This document shows, piece after piece, positions 38,040-51,272 of a stretch of DNA of 64,000 bases. This DNA is from Vicugna vicugna. Taxonomy: Eukaryota. Every line of letters begins with the position of its first letter. Position 1 is the stretch's first letter. Under the pieces are notes generated by a model. It did no database searches and was not told the origin of the DNA. It saw only the letters and a list, made by a program, of their open reading frames with translations. The translations under genes and the position numbers were made by a program. The stretch spans positions 1,078,917 to 1,142,916 of the forward strand of contig MU058418.1 in assembly GCA_013265495.1 (NCBI GenBank). The letters run 5' to 3'.

Positions 38040-38746
38040 TCCAACACAATGGATAATTAATAATTCTATTTAATTCTGACACTGTCTTCCTGGTGGTAGC
38101 ATCAGATCCCACAAGTTAAAGGGCTCAATCCCACAAAACTGGCCCCACTTCAGATTCCAGCTGCATATGAGCTGCCCAGCTACCCAGATTTCTGTATGAC
38201 TGACTAGAAAATTCAAGGGCTCCCACAATCCCCACCCTCAGGTTTGATAATTTGCTAAGTTTGATAATTTACTAGAAATGTCTTGTAGAACTCAGGAAAA
38301 TATTTATGTTTATCAGTTTATTTTAGAGAGTACAACTCAGAAACAGACATGGAAAAGACTCACCGGGCAAGGGATGGGAGCAGGGGTGTGGAGCTTCCAT
38401 GCCCTCTCTGGGTATGTCACCTTGATTTGTTCACCATCCTGGAAGCTCTCCAAATCTCATTGTTCAGAAGTGTTTATAGAATTTAATCGCCAGCCTCCCC
38501 TGCCCTCCCAGGTTGTGGGGTGGAGCTGAAAGTCCCAACTCTCTCAACACCTGGTCTTTCTGTGGACCAGCTCTGTCCTGAGGGTATCTTGGGGCCCCAC
38601 TCTAAGTTCATTAGCATTAATGTGTGGTGGAAAGAGGCTCATTATGACTAACAAAAGACACTGTCACTCAGGAAATTCCAGGAGTTTTATGAGCTCTGTG
38701 CCAGGGACTGTGGACAAAGGCCAAATATATTTCTTCTTGTACCACC
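38040..38746 (-). mobile_element. MER21-like LTR
   Basis: AATTCTGACACT...GCATCAGATCCCACAAGTTAAAGGGCTCA...GGAAATTCCAGGAGTTTT...CCAAATATATTTCTT. Confidence 0.75.
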
Positions 38747-38900
38747 CTGGTAAACATCTCAAATTGCTGGAAACCTTTACAGAACTCTGAACCTATGCCT
38801 CCAGCTTTAGCACTGAGCCCAAGCCTTGTCTTTGGTCTTATGAGGCCTAGGCTTCCAGGAGACCCTTAGTCCCGTTCTCTTTTGCAGGCTGTAAGCCCCC

Positions 38901-39335
38901 TGTATTAGTTAGGGTACAATTTAGGCTTCTGTAACAAAGAGACCCCAAAATACACTGCTTGAAAAACAAGATAGACGTTTATTTTACATAAAAATCAGGC
39001 AGGTGGTCCAGAGCTGGTTTGGCAGCTCAGCATTGTTGGGGAACTTTGCTCTGCTTTGCTCAGCATTCTGTGTGCTTCTCCTTGCCAGGTTGGCTCCTCC
39101 AGCTGCAGTCATGGCACTTTCTTCCCAGTCAGAGGGAGGGGAGGAAAAGGGAGGAGGGGGATTTGCCCTTTCCCTTTAAGAGCTCCGTAGCAGAGTTGCA
39201 CACATTTCAGCTTGTATCCCATTGGTCATAGAGCCATCCTGGCTGCCAGAGAGGCCAGGATATGGAATATTTCCCTGGGCAGCCTTGTATGCAGCTAAAA
39301 CCTCTATTCAGAAAGGGAGAGCAGCTGCTAGAGGA
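38901..39335 (-). mobile_element. MLT1-type (MaLR) LTR, decayed
   Basis: TGTATTAGTTAGGGTAC...GGCTTCTGTAACAAAGAGACCCCAAAATACA...TCCCATTGG. Confidence 0.6.
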
Positions 39336-40190
39336 CATCCCTGCCTTATCCTTAACAGTCATGGTATATTTAAGGATTTCTTCCTCTTAGAAAAAGATGG
39401 AAATAATGTCGTGACTGTTAATTATTTTTTTCTAAAGTAAGTGATTTTCATATTATTGAAACAAAGGAAACATGATATTCAATGAGACAAGAGAAACAAT
39501 GGCAAAGTACCCTTGCAAAATCTGTGTCTAAAAATGTGCCAGTTTGCTGCTCATTGAACCCAGGTAAGGAATGGAGTTATGCTTGAACCTTATCATGGCC
39601 TGTTTTCTTCCTGGAGAGGCTAAAAAAAGAGTTAGAACATCTTCCTCCTTTGAAACAGACACTCTTTGTGTCCCAACTCTTTATGTTCAGTGTAAAGGTG
39701 ATGGAAAACGAATCTCATAAGCAGAGGGTGAAGTCAATGTGGTAACATCTGAATGCTGTGTTGTTTTGGATAGCAAGTAAGGAAGTAATAGAAAACCCTT
39801 TGAGACTAGTCTGTAAGTCCCTGCCTTGGTACTGAAGAGCCAGAGTTAGGCCTAATGCAGAGACAGGCACCACCCCTGCTGTGGGGAAGGATCTGATGAA
39901 CCAGGTGGCTCATTCAGTGGAGTTCAGTGGAGCAGAGACTCTGGAGGGGGTTAGGCTTCCTAGAAGAGTAGTTATAGTGATAGCTTATGAGTTTGTTGTA
40001 AGTATTTTTATTGTATAAAATGTGTTTTATATTTTTATTTTCTCAAAATGACATTGACAGTAACTGCTCAAATATATACAATTGTAACTGATTGAAAGTT
40101 CCAATGTGACCATTAAGAAACAAATATAGAGCACTATGAAATATCTTCATTTCAGAAAATCTAATATTTTATATATTTTTTTGTTTATAG

Positions 40191-40414
40191 CCTATATAGT
40201 TCAGACCCCCGAGAATATGTCTCCAACTGCTGCTACAGAGGCTTATTCAAAAGCTTTGGCTGTTTGCCATGGACCATTGGACCACTATGACTTTCTGATC
40301 AGAGCTCATGAGCTAAATGATGATGAACATCAAAGAAGAGTCATACAGTGTTTGCAGAAATTACATGAGGACCTTAAAGGATACAGTATAGAGGCAGAAG
40401 GCCTTTTTTCAAAG
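40191..40414 (+). CDS. AFG1L: AFG1-like ATPase, coding exon 2 (224 nt)
   Basis: Acceptor TTTTTTTGTTTATAG|CC and donor AAG|GTGAGG. G+CC joins exon 1 in frame: AYIVQTPENMSPTAATEAYSKALAVCHGPLDHYDFLIRAHELNDDEHQRRVIQCLQKLHEDLKGYSIEAEGLFSK, matching recalled AFG1L. Confidence 0.97.
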
Positions 40415-43400
40415 GTGAGGTTTGCATGACATTAAAGATTGAACAGTTAAAAGTATTATTTTTTCTAAAGTAGGTATTATTGTTTTTATTTACTATTGTC
40501 TATACTTTTGTCTATACTTACTAAAGTAAGTATATTGTCTTTTTTGAAATGGACTAAATGCAGTACAGTCATGAAACAGTTTGAAAGTTTCCTGCCAGTT
40601 CCTTTAAACAAGCTCTGTTGGATCCCCATTCTTGACCTCTTGATGTTCCATAGCTTTCTTTTACCATCATGGGAATTCAAATAGCTTCATATTGAGGTAT
40701 TTAAAAAATACCTAAATACCAGTCAAAGTAAAAACTTGTTCAGTTCAAACCACCCCCTCCCCAGCTCAGGCCTGGCCCAGGATCAGCAGTGGAAAAGGGG
40801 GAGTGACTTGTTCTTCTCTCCCCCTCCTTCTCCTTTCTCTGCTAGCCTGGCTTCTCTAGGGTCAGAATGAGAGGGATAGAAGATTAGAGTGAAACAACAG
40901 AGTCTTAAATGACAGGTGTTAAGGGCCTTTTGTGTGGTGGATGCTGACATGCTAGCTCTTTGTGAGGGGCATTTGATGGTTTCCTCAGGACTCCCACAAA
41001 GACCTCCACTCTGTGACTGACCTTCTATGGAGCACCTTGAACCATCGCATGCTGCTGGGATGCCCTTTCCCTTAGCCTTCTTCGGTGGGGTCCTTTCAGG
41101 ACAGCTCTAGCCAGGTCACCTTTATGATGTCTGCTTAGGCCACAGGAAGTATGACATCTCCTTTCTCCAACGTCTGTTGCGTGGGCAGCTTCATTCAGCC
41201 TCCTGCCCTTGGGCTTCTGCAGATATAAGAAACAGGCATCAGTCTTTGTCCTGTACACCTCCATACTCCTGAGGACACACGTCAAGTTCTTCCATGAACT
41301 CTTCCACACCCTGCTATGGTAGCTAATAGTAGATTTTCTCACATAAACAAGCATCCCCCTTGGTGAGGGGGATGCCCATTTTGCCTTAATTCTAATCTCT
41401 TTGGATGCTTCTCTTGGGGAACCCCTGCACTTGGCATGAGGTTCATTTGAGGGAACTGCCACAGCATTCTTTACCCAGCTAACAACTTTCTACTTTAATT
41501 ACTTTGGTTTTAGGGCTTTTTTTTTCCTCCTCTTTTTAAGTAATTCTTCCATGGATACAACTAGTGCCTCTCTTTAGTGTGTAGAGGAACCTGTCTCCCC
41601 TTGTCCTCAGCTTTGAGTTTTTGTTGAAATTATAGTACAACAGGAAAGCTCCCCTTCCTTATCCTGCTATAGAAGCCATTGTCATTAGAAACTAGTTTTC
41701 CTTTAATTGATTGGCCAAACCACTTCTCCCCTGCCCCCGCACACAAATATTCTTTTATTATAAGGTCTTTAGAAGAAAGGTACTGTGTAACATATGTTAG
41801 TATTACTTTACTTAAAAACTAATGAAAGTAATATTACTTTTTAAAAAGCATTTGAGAGTGTAATGAAATAGTTTTATTTTTATATAAGGAAAAAGGCTGT
41901 CATTGTATTAACATCTTTTCGTTAAAAGGAACAGAGAATCAGTTAGGTTTGAGAAGGAGATGGAGATACAGAATAAGATTACATAAGAAAATAGCAATGA
42001 AGGGCATCTCCATCACTCAGCCAGGCCTCACAGAGCCTGTGCCAGCTTTCAGCAACGTCAGTGACTCTGAAAGCTTTGATGACTTATAGTAGGAGGTACA
42101 TGTTGATTCTCCAGTGCTCTGCCATTCACATAATCTGCTTACTGTTTGCTCCTTTTCCCTCATGTCTGTTTCCACTTCTGTTCGTTCTATAGTTTCTCAA
42201 TTCTCTTCCTGTATCTGTGGTTTCAGTTCCTGGGTAAGAATCTGACAGGCCACCCAGTCACTTCATCCCTGTTTGGACAGAGCTTTCACACCAGTTTTCG
42301 AGAGGCTGCTAGTCAGCACAAAGATTGGATCTCTCTGTAAGGTGCCACCTAGGGCTCCTGTGGGCAGGGTGATTTCCCTCAGAAGTGGATTGTGAGTGTG
42401 GGAGCCACTGTGATTGGCCAGTTCAGCACAATGGCAATAAGAAATAATTATGAGTTATCCCTTTTGATAGCCAGTTTTTTCTCTTCTTCCCATATTTCCA
42501 AAAGTTTATAGGTGAGTCAAGAACTAAAAAGTTTGGAAAATATAGATTGCTTAGGTTACTGCATACCTAATTATAGTCTGCATCTCAGGTGGTCTTCCAA
42601 ATAAAATAAGTTTGGTTATGTGTCAGAGCCAGGAAACAGGATTTTTTTACTTAACCAGATTGTTGTTGTTGTTGTTGTTGTTATCTGAAAGTTTAATTGC
42701 TCTCATGAATTTTGCATCTTGTTCCTGGTCTAGCCCTCTCCCTTTTGGAAATACAGTCCTTTTTTTTTTTCCCTCCTCTAAGCTCTGTATCATCCATAGG
42801 GCTCATCTTACCGGGGTGATGAACTTCCACCCAGTCAAAAGTATTCCATAATCATTAACTTATCTGATGACTAATTCAACAATGTGGTTTTTTCCTTTAA
42901 AATTATTAGTTTAATTCCCACACATCCACCTTTGATTTATGAATTGGCTATGCTGGGTCTGCCTAGTAAATAGGCAGCTATTTAGCAGTTAGTAAATGAG
43001 ATACTTATTATGTAGAGGACCTGGTTTTATTGTGTAATTGTAATCTTATGTAAGGAGGAGATTTGAAAAGTCAGGTAGTTTCAAATGTGTCTAATGAAAG
43101 CTTATGTTTGTTAAGTCCTAATGTATATGGTACATACGTGAACGAATATAGAGTAGATAGATCAGCCTCTCTTTTGTAGTATTTGAGTTTCTTAGTTTCT
43201 TAAGTTTCTTAGTTTCCTGTAGCTTCTTAAGCCCACCAGATCTTTTGTGTGTGTGTGTGTGTGGATTTATTCATTTGCTATAGACTTCACTAATAAGTTG
43301 ACAATAGAGTCTGAACTGCTAAAATAAGAATTTTAGAAGGTAGGAGAAAACTGATTAAATTTTTAGGCAACTTACTTAGGAAAAGAAAATTTAAAATATG

Positions 43401-43435
43401 TATATGCATACAAATTATGGGACTTTGAGAAAAGA

Positions 43436-43561
43436 ATATTGACATTAGGCCAGCTATTCACCCTGCAGTGGCCTCTAGGTGTTCAAGTGAAAGGAAGAGT
43501 CATACGTATCTCACTTAAAATCAAAGGCCTTTAAAAATGATTAAGTTTCCTGAGAAGGCAT
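43436..43561 (+). mobile_element. Tigger1 internal fragment (start of transposase ORF, decayed)
   Basis: GGCCTCTAGGTGTTCAAGTGAAAGGAAGAGTC...AAATGATTAAG. Confidence 0.75.
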
Positions 43562-43571
43562 TTTTTAAAAA

Positions 43572-44371
43572 AATTAACTGTACTTCAATTGAAAACCAAA
43601 CAAATAAGCAACCCATTTAAAATATGGGCAGAAGAACTGAACAGACATTTTTCCAAAAAAAGGAAATGTAGATGGCCAACAGGAACATGAAAAGCTGCTC
43701 AACATCACCAATATCAGGGAAATGCAAATCAAAATCACAGTGAGACACCAGCTCACACCTGTCAGAATGACCATCATTAAAAAGAACACAAATAATAAAT
43801 GCTGACAAAGACGTGGAGAAAAGGGAACCCTTGTGCACTATTGGTGGGAATGTAAATTGGCGCAGCCATGTGGAAAACAATATGGAGGTTTCTCAAAAAC
43901 CCCAAAACAACCACCACATGGCCCAGCAGTTCCACTCCTGGGCACATACCTGAGAAAAACAAAAACATTAATTCAAAAAGGTACATACACTCTGCTGTTA
44001 ACAGCAGCACTATTTACAATTGCCAAGATATAGAAGCATCCTAAATGCATATCAATAGATGAATGGATAAAGAAGATGTAGCACATATATGCAGTGGAAT
44101 ACAACTCACCCATAAAAGGAAGGATATTTTGCCATTTGTAGCCCTTCATTAACTTTTTTTTTTCTTTTTTGCCCTTCAAAACCCAGAATTTTATAACTGG
44201 CATAAACATTTGCATTGCATTAAAAACAACAAAATACCTAGAAATAAACTTAACCAAGGAGGTTAGCTATACTCTGAAACTGTAAAACATTGATGAAGGA
44301 AATTGAATATGATGCAAAGAAATGGAAAGATATCTTGTGCTCATGGATTGGAAGGATCAACATTATCAAAA
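43572..44371 (+). mobile_element. Two non-colinear L1 ORF2 fragments (about 43572-44140 and 44205-44371)
   Basis: The first is the ORF2 C-terminal part (43833-44033 [14 protein letters not shown]); the second is a more upstream segment (AAATACCTAGAAATAAACTTAACCAAGGAGG...AAATGGAAAGATATC). Confidence 0.8.
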
Positions 44372-44524
44372 TAAGCCCACCAAATCTTTAACATTAAAAA
44401 AACCCCAAACATCTAGTGTAATTTGAATAAAACATATGTAAAAAGCTTTAATTTTGAAAAAGGAAAATTCGGACTGTTAGGTTTTCCAACAATAGAAGAA
44501 CTTTATTAATATGTAGAGTTCTTG

Positions 44525-44922
44525 ATTATAGCATATGTAAGTTTAAGGTATACAGTGTTATGATTTGATACTTGTATACATTGCAAAATGATTACCATAA
44601 TAAAGTTAGCTAACATCTATATCCCCTCACATAATTACTATTTCTTTTTGTGGTGAAAACATTAAAGATCTACTTTTTCAACAACTTTCAAATATATAAT
44701 ATTGTATTGTTAATTATAGTCTTTATGCTGTACATTAGATCCCTAGAACTTATTCATCTTATAGCTGGGAGTTTGTATTCTTTGACCAATACTTTGCCAT
44801 TTCCCCTACCCCTATAGCCCCTGGTAACCGCCATTCTATGAGTTAGGCTGTTTTAAAATTCTGCGTATAAGTGAGAATATACAGTATTTTCTTTCTCTGT
44901 CTGACTTATTTCAGTTAGCATA
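44525..44922 (-). mobile_element. L1MA-like 3' end
   Basis: TAAGTTTAAGGTATACAG...ATGCTGTACATTAGATCCCTAGAACTTATTCATC...CTGACTTATTTCAGTTAGCATA. Confidence 0.75.
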
Positions 44923-46478
44923 TATGGGCATTTGATTTTGTTTTTGATGTAGATGTTTAAATACTCATTATAGTGGACTTCAGAAAAAAATTGTACTCCT
45001 AAGAAACTTTCTCTAAGGGTAAGCCATAATGTTAGAATAAAATACTAGCATTATTAATCAATGAGAAGAAATTGTAGAAGACTTTTAGGCTGTTTCACCT
45101 ACGTATGTAACAATGTTTTCTCTAATAAAAATTTGAAAAAGTTATGAGCAGATGACCATCCTATATGAGCAACAAACTGTGAAGAATGAGCATCTACAAC
45201 TACTTCACTTTTGTTATCAAATAAAACTTACAGCCAGGTTAATCTGAGACATTTAATGTATGCATAATTGTTACTGTACTATGAGGTAATTAGGCATAAA
45301 TGGTAAGTGGTTCATGTAAATCACTATAATTAGAATTACTTTTACACAGCCAAATCAAGCATTTCTAGAGCCATGGAAGGAGAGAATTAAACAGAGTGTG
45401 GAGCTATTCTGAAAATCTCTGTTTCCATTAATCAGGGGGTTGACAGCAGCCAGGTTTTTTCATCTCTTGGGAGGAGACATCATAGCCAAAGAGACCTGGG
45501 AGTTAGGGAAGGGGAGAAGGGACAAAATTCCTTTTCTTTTTCTCCTGCTCTCCACAAAATAATTGTTTTCCCCTAATGAGAAATTATTATTTCCAACTTT
45601 CTCTTACAACCTACCATCTTTTATTTGGATACCTCTCCTCACCCTCCCAAGAACAATGTACATAGCAGGTAGAAGACCTACGCTGCCTTAAATCCAGGTG
45701 CTCCTAGCACCTGGAGGCCGTGAGCAGGCTACCTGGAGTGCTGGGCTGTGGACTTTTCTCTCAGGAGATGCAGGAGACCTAGTTGTCTGGATCCCTTCAG
45801 TTATTTACCCAAGACTAGGCAGTTTGCTGTTTTCTCTCAGTTCCTCCCTTCTCCTCCAGCTAAGGGAGTCAACACTTACTCTCTCTCTTCCTCTTAGAAC
45901 TGGAATTTCCTATAGGTGAAGTAGGTTGAACCATGTGATTTAGGTAAAGCTTCCCTGATTCCTGGAACTTTATCCTTTAGAACATCATAAGCAACATTGA
46001 ATACAAAATAGATGCAAAAAAGATGAGAAATATTTTTAAATGAATATTTTCTTCTACAAAATTTTTATGAAAACTGAAGCATTATGTCCTGGCTCAATGA
46101 TGGCATTATCTGTAAGGAAGTGAGATTGGGAGTCAGACTACATTGTTTTTTTGAGAACTAACACATGCCAAAGACTCATTTAAAGTCTGAAATTTGAGAA
46201 GCAGAGTGTAATGGGCCTGTTTCAGTCTCCAGAATAATTAACCAATATATTCAATTACATTTTAAGTTTCATCATGGTTCTAAGAGGTAAAATTATGCCA
46301 TCAACATAGACGATAATTTTTTTTTTTACTTTTTTCTTCCAGTTTTAATGAGATATATTTGATATAGAGCAGTCTTGAAGGGTCAGATTCCAAATGTGGG
46401 TATATACATCAAAATTAACAACATAAAACTCACAAAAAAATTAAAATATGTATCTATTAACTATTTGCTCCTGAAAAG

Positions 46479-46619
46479 GATCAATATCACTATGTTTAAA
46501 ATCCTTTTTTCACATGTTAAAAAAATCGATTAAAAATATATTTAAGTGTGATCAGTATCACTTTGTTTAAAATCCTTTTTTCACATGTTAAAAAAAATCG
46601 ATTAAAAATATATTTAAGT
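46479..46619. repeat. Tandem duplication, 2 x ~71 bp
   Basis: Units start at 46479 and 46550; they differ by two substitutions and one A-run length. Confidence 0.92.
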
Positions 46620-49600
46620 TACTTTCACATATGTCTTATAATTAAGATACTACTCTTGACATATAAAATGGCTTTGTTATTTCAAATGCGTCCAGTTTCC
46701 GAATTGGTCATATAACAGTTTCAGTATTACAGAAATTCAGTATTATTCATATAATAATGGACTGTTAATCAAATTAAATGCAATGTTTACTATCTAGAGA
46801 GAATAATAAAATATAAACAATGCACTCAAGATTAACATTTGAATAAACTTTGTGAAATACTTCTGAGAATTATTATCCTATAAAACTTCCATTAGTGGAA
46901 AAGTATATCACTTAAGTAACAGCAATTTTTGAAATTAAAGTTGAGAACTTAAAATTACATATGAAGAGAGACAAAAAAAAAATTCAAGTTTCTTCTCAGA
47001 TTCAGAATGTTCAGTGGTAGATTTGTGTGAAGATTGAATCAACCCTAAAGGTAATTCTTTATACTTTTCAGGATGTGGGAATGATGGGGGAAATTCCAGC
47101 ACATAGGAGAGGAAAATCAGATTAAATTAGATAGTAGGCTAGAAAAATCCCTTGGCAGAAAGTATTTATGGAGAAGGAAAACAGAAGTCTCCATTTTAAG
47201 ACTTGTTCACTTGGATCCACTGGCAACAAGGACTTGGAGTAGAAGTAGGGAGGAAAGTGTGGTAGCAAGTGTGAGAATCTGAGTAGAGGGCAGTGGAAAG
47301 ATCTCTTTTTAGATATGGCTGACCATTTGGTTGAAGGGCATTGCTCTGTTTGGAAAAACCACATGATATGGTAAATTTTGACATGTATTCTAGTAATTTC
47401 ATTCTTCTTGTAAAGTTACCAGTCAACTTATCTAGTTATGAGTTGTTTAGATTATTTTTCAGTAAAATCTATTTTAGCCTGAAGTTCAGAGTTCTTCACC
47501 AGTTGCCTCCACATTTGCTATTCCTAAAGATTCTCTATGAAGGTGGCTTCTTTTAAGGGTAACTAAAAGAAATTATATTCTCTTTTAATAATGTTAAACT
47601 TTTCAAGAGTTAGATATTTGCCCTCAGTTAGTTTCTTAAGTTGAATAGTAATTCTGATTTTGCTTTATATAATTGATTTTTAACTGAGTGAAAACCTCTG
47701 TTTGGAAATGAGAGAACTATAAGAAAAACTGAGCAATTCCATGCCATCATCTCCTATGGAGATATGTAGATTTTAGGACCTGAACACACATTTCAGGCTA
47801 CATTGCCACAGCCATGTGCTTCAGGACAAGCCTGAGGCACAGCTCCAAGGCTATCCATAGCTCCTTCACGGCAATGAAGACCACCACAGAGCTGCCTTCA
47901 GTTGCCTTTGCCCCAGTGAACCACAGAAAGCCCCCACAAGTATTTCTCCCTGTAGCATACTCCCACCTGGCAAGGGTGGCTTGTTAGCAGAGCAGATACA
48001 GGTGGTGCTGTCTTGCCTCCAGTTACCTCCCATTCAGTGCACTCTCTACAATATATCAAGAATGATATTTCTAACAGATAGGGCCATTGTTCTGCTTAAC
48101 GCTTCTCGGTGCCCTCCAGAGAAAGTGCAAACTCTTTAGCGTATTCTACAAGGTCCTTGAGAGCCTGGTTCCTGCCTCTTGCCAGCCTCATCTGTCTTTG
48201 TTCTCTGCTGGCAATAAAAGCACCAGCTATGAAAAGCTACTTGAACATCCTTGGACACAACTGGAATCTACAGCCTCTGGGTGTTTGCCAAGGCTATCCC
48301 TCACCCCTCCGACCCTTTTACTATGACCCATCTCATTTTGCCTACCTGTTGACCACATGCTTCTTTAGTAAATACTGTGCCACTGTTTTCTGGCCCTCTA
48401 AGTTTGCAGAACCTATCTCACTGCCTGGTACAAAGTAAGTGCTCAATGCCCAATCCATGTTTCTGTAATAAATGAAAAAAATATGAAGATTTGAATGAAT
48501 AACAAAGTCATCATTGAAGATTCATGAAATAATCTGCTGACTCTAAAGGCAGTTTGTCTTGGTGGCTATTAGCCTGTCCATGTGTCTGTGTGAGAGTAAG
48601 ATGTCTCTGTGAGTTCCTAACTTCACTTGTTTCTCTGTGGATGTGTTGGTGTTCTCATTTCCTCCATAATGTCAATTCTTTGAAAATCCTGGAGAAGCCT
48701 GGAAGGCCACTTTAATCCCTTAAATTCAGAATCTCTGCTGGGTTCAGACTGAGGGATATTTTCCACATCCTTCTTTTGATTAACTCCAGGTCAGTCTGAG
48801 AATTATGCTTATGTCCTGGACATCCCTCTGGACAAGCAGTGAGCTGGAGTAGATCACACCTAGCATAGCTTCAATCAAGCTGGTTCAGAAATCAAATATC
48901 ATTCAAGAGTGAGTGAATGTGGAAAGATTTGCTGAAGAACCTACTGCCTGTCGTTTGTTTCCCACTAACAGATACAGACACTCAGAAATGCTTGTTGCTT
49001 GAATGCATACAGCATTAAAAAGTCATTTACATCTTCAAACGCTTATAATCAGAAATTGAGCCATTTCTTATGCTAGTTGTTTTAGAGGCTTAAACTCCCC
49101 TCCCCCCACTTGCTAGTTATTTAGATACTTAAAAGGCTTAATTATACTAGTAAACTAAGCAAATTGGTGTACTTTAGGTTACACAGGTTCTTTTGCAAAT
49201 CAGCTGAAGGCGTTTAAAAAAAGATTTTCATTTAAAGAGAATTTATGGGTGCCAACATATAGTTCAGTTCTTTAGTTTTTAAAGAACTTCTTAGAAACCT
49301 GAAGTGATCTACTTTTATCAAAAAGTGGTCTATGTTGAGAATGATATAATGCTAGTTTTTAAAAGATGTAATTATACTCAGCATTCCAGCTGGAATCATT
49401 GTCTCTGATTCTATCATTTTGGGAGACAATAATGGAATAGTGAGGCGAGTGGGGGGAAACAGGAAGTATTACTGCATTTTAAACACATTGAAAACAACAT
49501 TTTTTATTTTAAAACTCCACCCTTATTATCTAATTGTCCTAATGGAAATTATGCTGGACTAGCAGGTGGATACACTAGAAAGATGAAGAACATGCTATTT

Positions 49601-49971
49601 TAACTATAACTTTGATGAGAATCACCTTGGATTATTGTTTAATGCTAGAATTTTAATACCATAAGGAATAAAGGATAAAGTTAGAGTGATTAAATCAAAA
49701 TATTTGGAATGATGGATGACCAGTGTTTATTTTGCAGATGTTAAAGGAATAGTTTGGAAAGCAACTGTCTAAAATGCAAATATGCAGATACTTTTGGAAT
49801 AATTTTAGACTTAGTTCAAAAGTAAAAGTAATACAGTAATTAGTTGTCTTACCAAATTTTGGTTTTTGTTTTTCCCAACTTTTTATTTTGAAAAATTTCA
49901 ACCATATGCTTAAAACCACTAGTGGGTAACATTTGCCACATATGTTTTCTCTCTCACTCTCAATAGTTTTT

Positions 49972-50125
49972 GTTTTTTGGGGGTTGGAGGGAGTAATTAG
50001 GTTATTTATTTACTTTTCTATCTATCTATTTGTTTATTTATTTTTAATGGAGGTACTGGAGATTTAACCCAGGACCTCATGCATGCTAGGCATGCACTCT
50101 TATCACTGGGCTATACCCTCCTCTC
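49972..50125 (-). mobile_element. tRNA-derived SINE (vic-1-like)
   Basis: AACCCAGGACCTCATGCATGCTAGGCATGCACTC; TSD CTC[A/G]ATAGTTTTT at 49959-49971 and 50126-50138. Confidence 0.85.
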
Positions 50126-50287
50126 CTCGATAGTTTTTCTTTAATCATCTGAAGGTAAGTTGTAACATCGTAACCCTTGACCTCTAAAAACATCATTATG
50201 TATCTCCTAATAAGGACCTTCTCCTACATAACAGTATTACCATTATTACATCCAAGAAATTTGACATTGATGTAATGATATCTAAAA

Positions 50288-50469
50288 TAGGGTCACCCAG
50301 TTTAGCAAATACAAATACAGAATTTCCAATTAAGCTTGAATTTCAGGTAAATAATGAATAGGTTTTTTAGTATATGTATGTCCCATGCAATATTTGGGGA
50401 AAAAATTACTTAATGTCAATCTGAAATTCAAATTTAACTGGGCATCCTATATTTTACATGGCAATCCTA
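50288..50469. mobile_element. MER53 palindromic hAT-like MITE
   Basis: TAGGGT...TTGAATTTCAG...GTATGTCCCATGCAATATTTGGG...CTGAAATTCAAATTTAACTGGGC...ATCCTA; an imperfect inverted repeat. Confidence 0.8.
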
Positions 50470-51272
50470 ATAACTTCAGATTTCTTAATCCCACTTCAAA
50501 TTTCTTCAGTTATCCCTCAACTGTTCTTTTAACTGAGTGTGTGTGTGTATACATTTGGTTCCAGGATTCATGCTTTACATTTGATTTTGTCTAATAAAAT
50601 TTTGGTAGAATAATTATCAGGTATTTAAAAAATATAAACCACATGTTCAAAGATTCTTTGTGTAGAAATGGGCTTTTATGTATATAAAAGTTAAAACATA
50701 AATTTTTACTAAGCTTAGTGATTTGGAGTGCATCACCAAATGTATAACAACCAGGACCCCAAACACTTGTCACATAAGCACATTTCCTTATTGGACAATT
50801 GGTAATATAGTTACATTGTTTAAAAATTTTTAAATCATTTTTCTGACATCTGTTTTTCTCATTATCCTCCCTTTTGATTTAGGTTATTACAGTAAGTCTC
50901 ATAAACTTGAGATGCTCTCTTGATTAGGTATATATGAGTTCAATTTTGTTAAGACTCCACATATAAGTCAGTTAATAAGATATTTGTCTTTCTCTGTCTG
51001 ATTTCTCTTAGCATAATGCCCTCCATGTTGTCATAAATGGCAGGATTTCCTTTTTTTTTTAAATGGTTGAATAATATTTTTGTGTGTGTGTGTGTTTATA
51101 CACATATATATACATATATTTACACACACAAATAAACATATAACATTTTCAGCATACATTCATCGTTCATCCATCATTGGACACTTGGGTTGTTTCCATG
51201 TCTTGGCTATTTATGAGCATTGGGGTACAGATATCTTTAAAAATTTTTACTTATTTTTTATTTTAAGTTTTT

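Noticed and set aside
40136..40190. ORF-track start MKYLHF upstream of exon 2
   Set aside because: This is intronic polypyrimidine tract; homology begins at the acceptor at 40191.
41025..41462. Longest ORF in the track (145 aa, minus)
   Set aside because: No recognisable domain or splice context; likely chance or decayed repeat.
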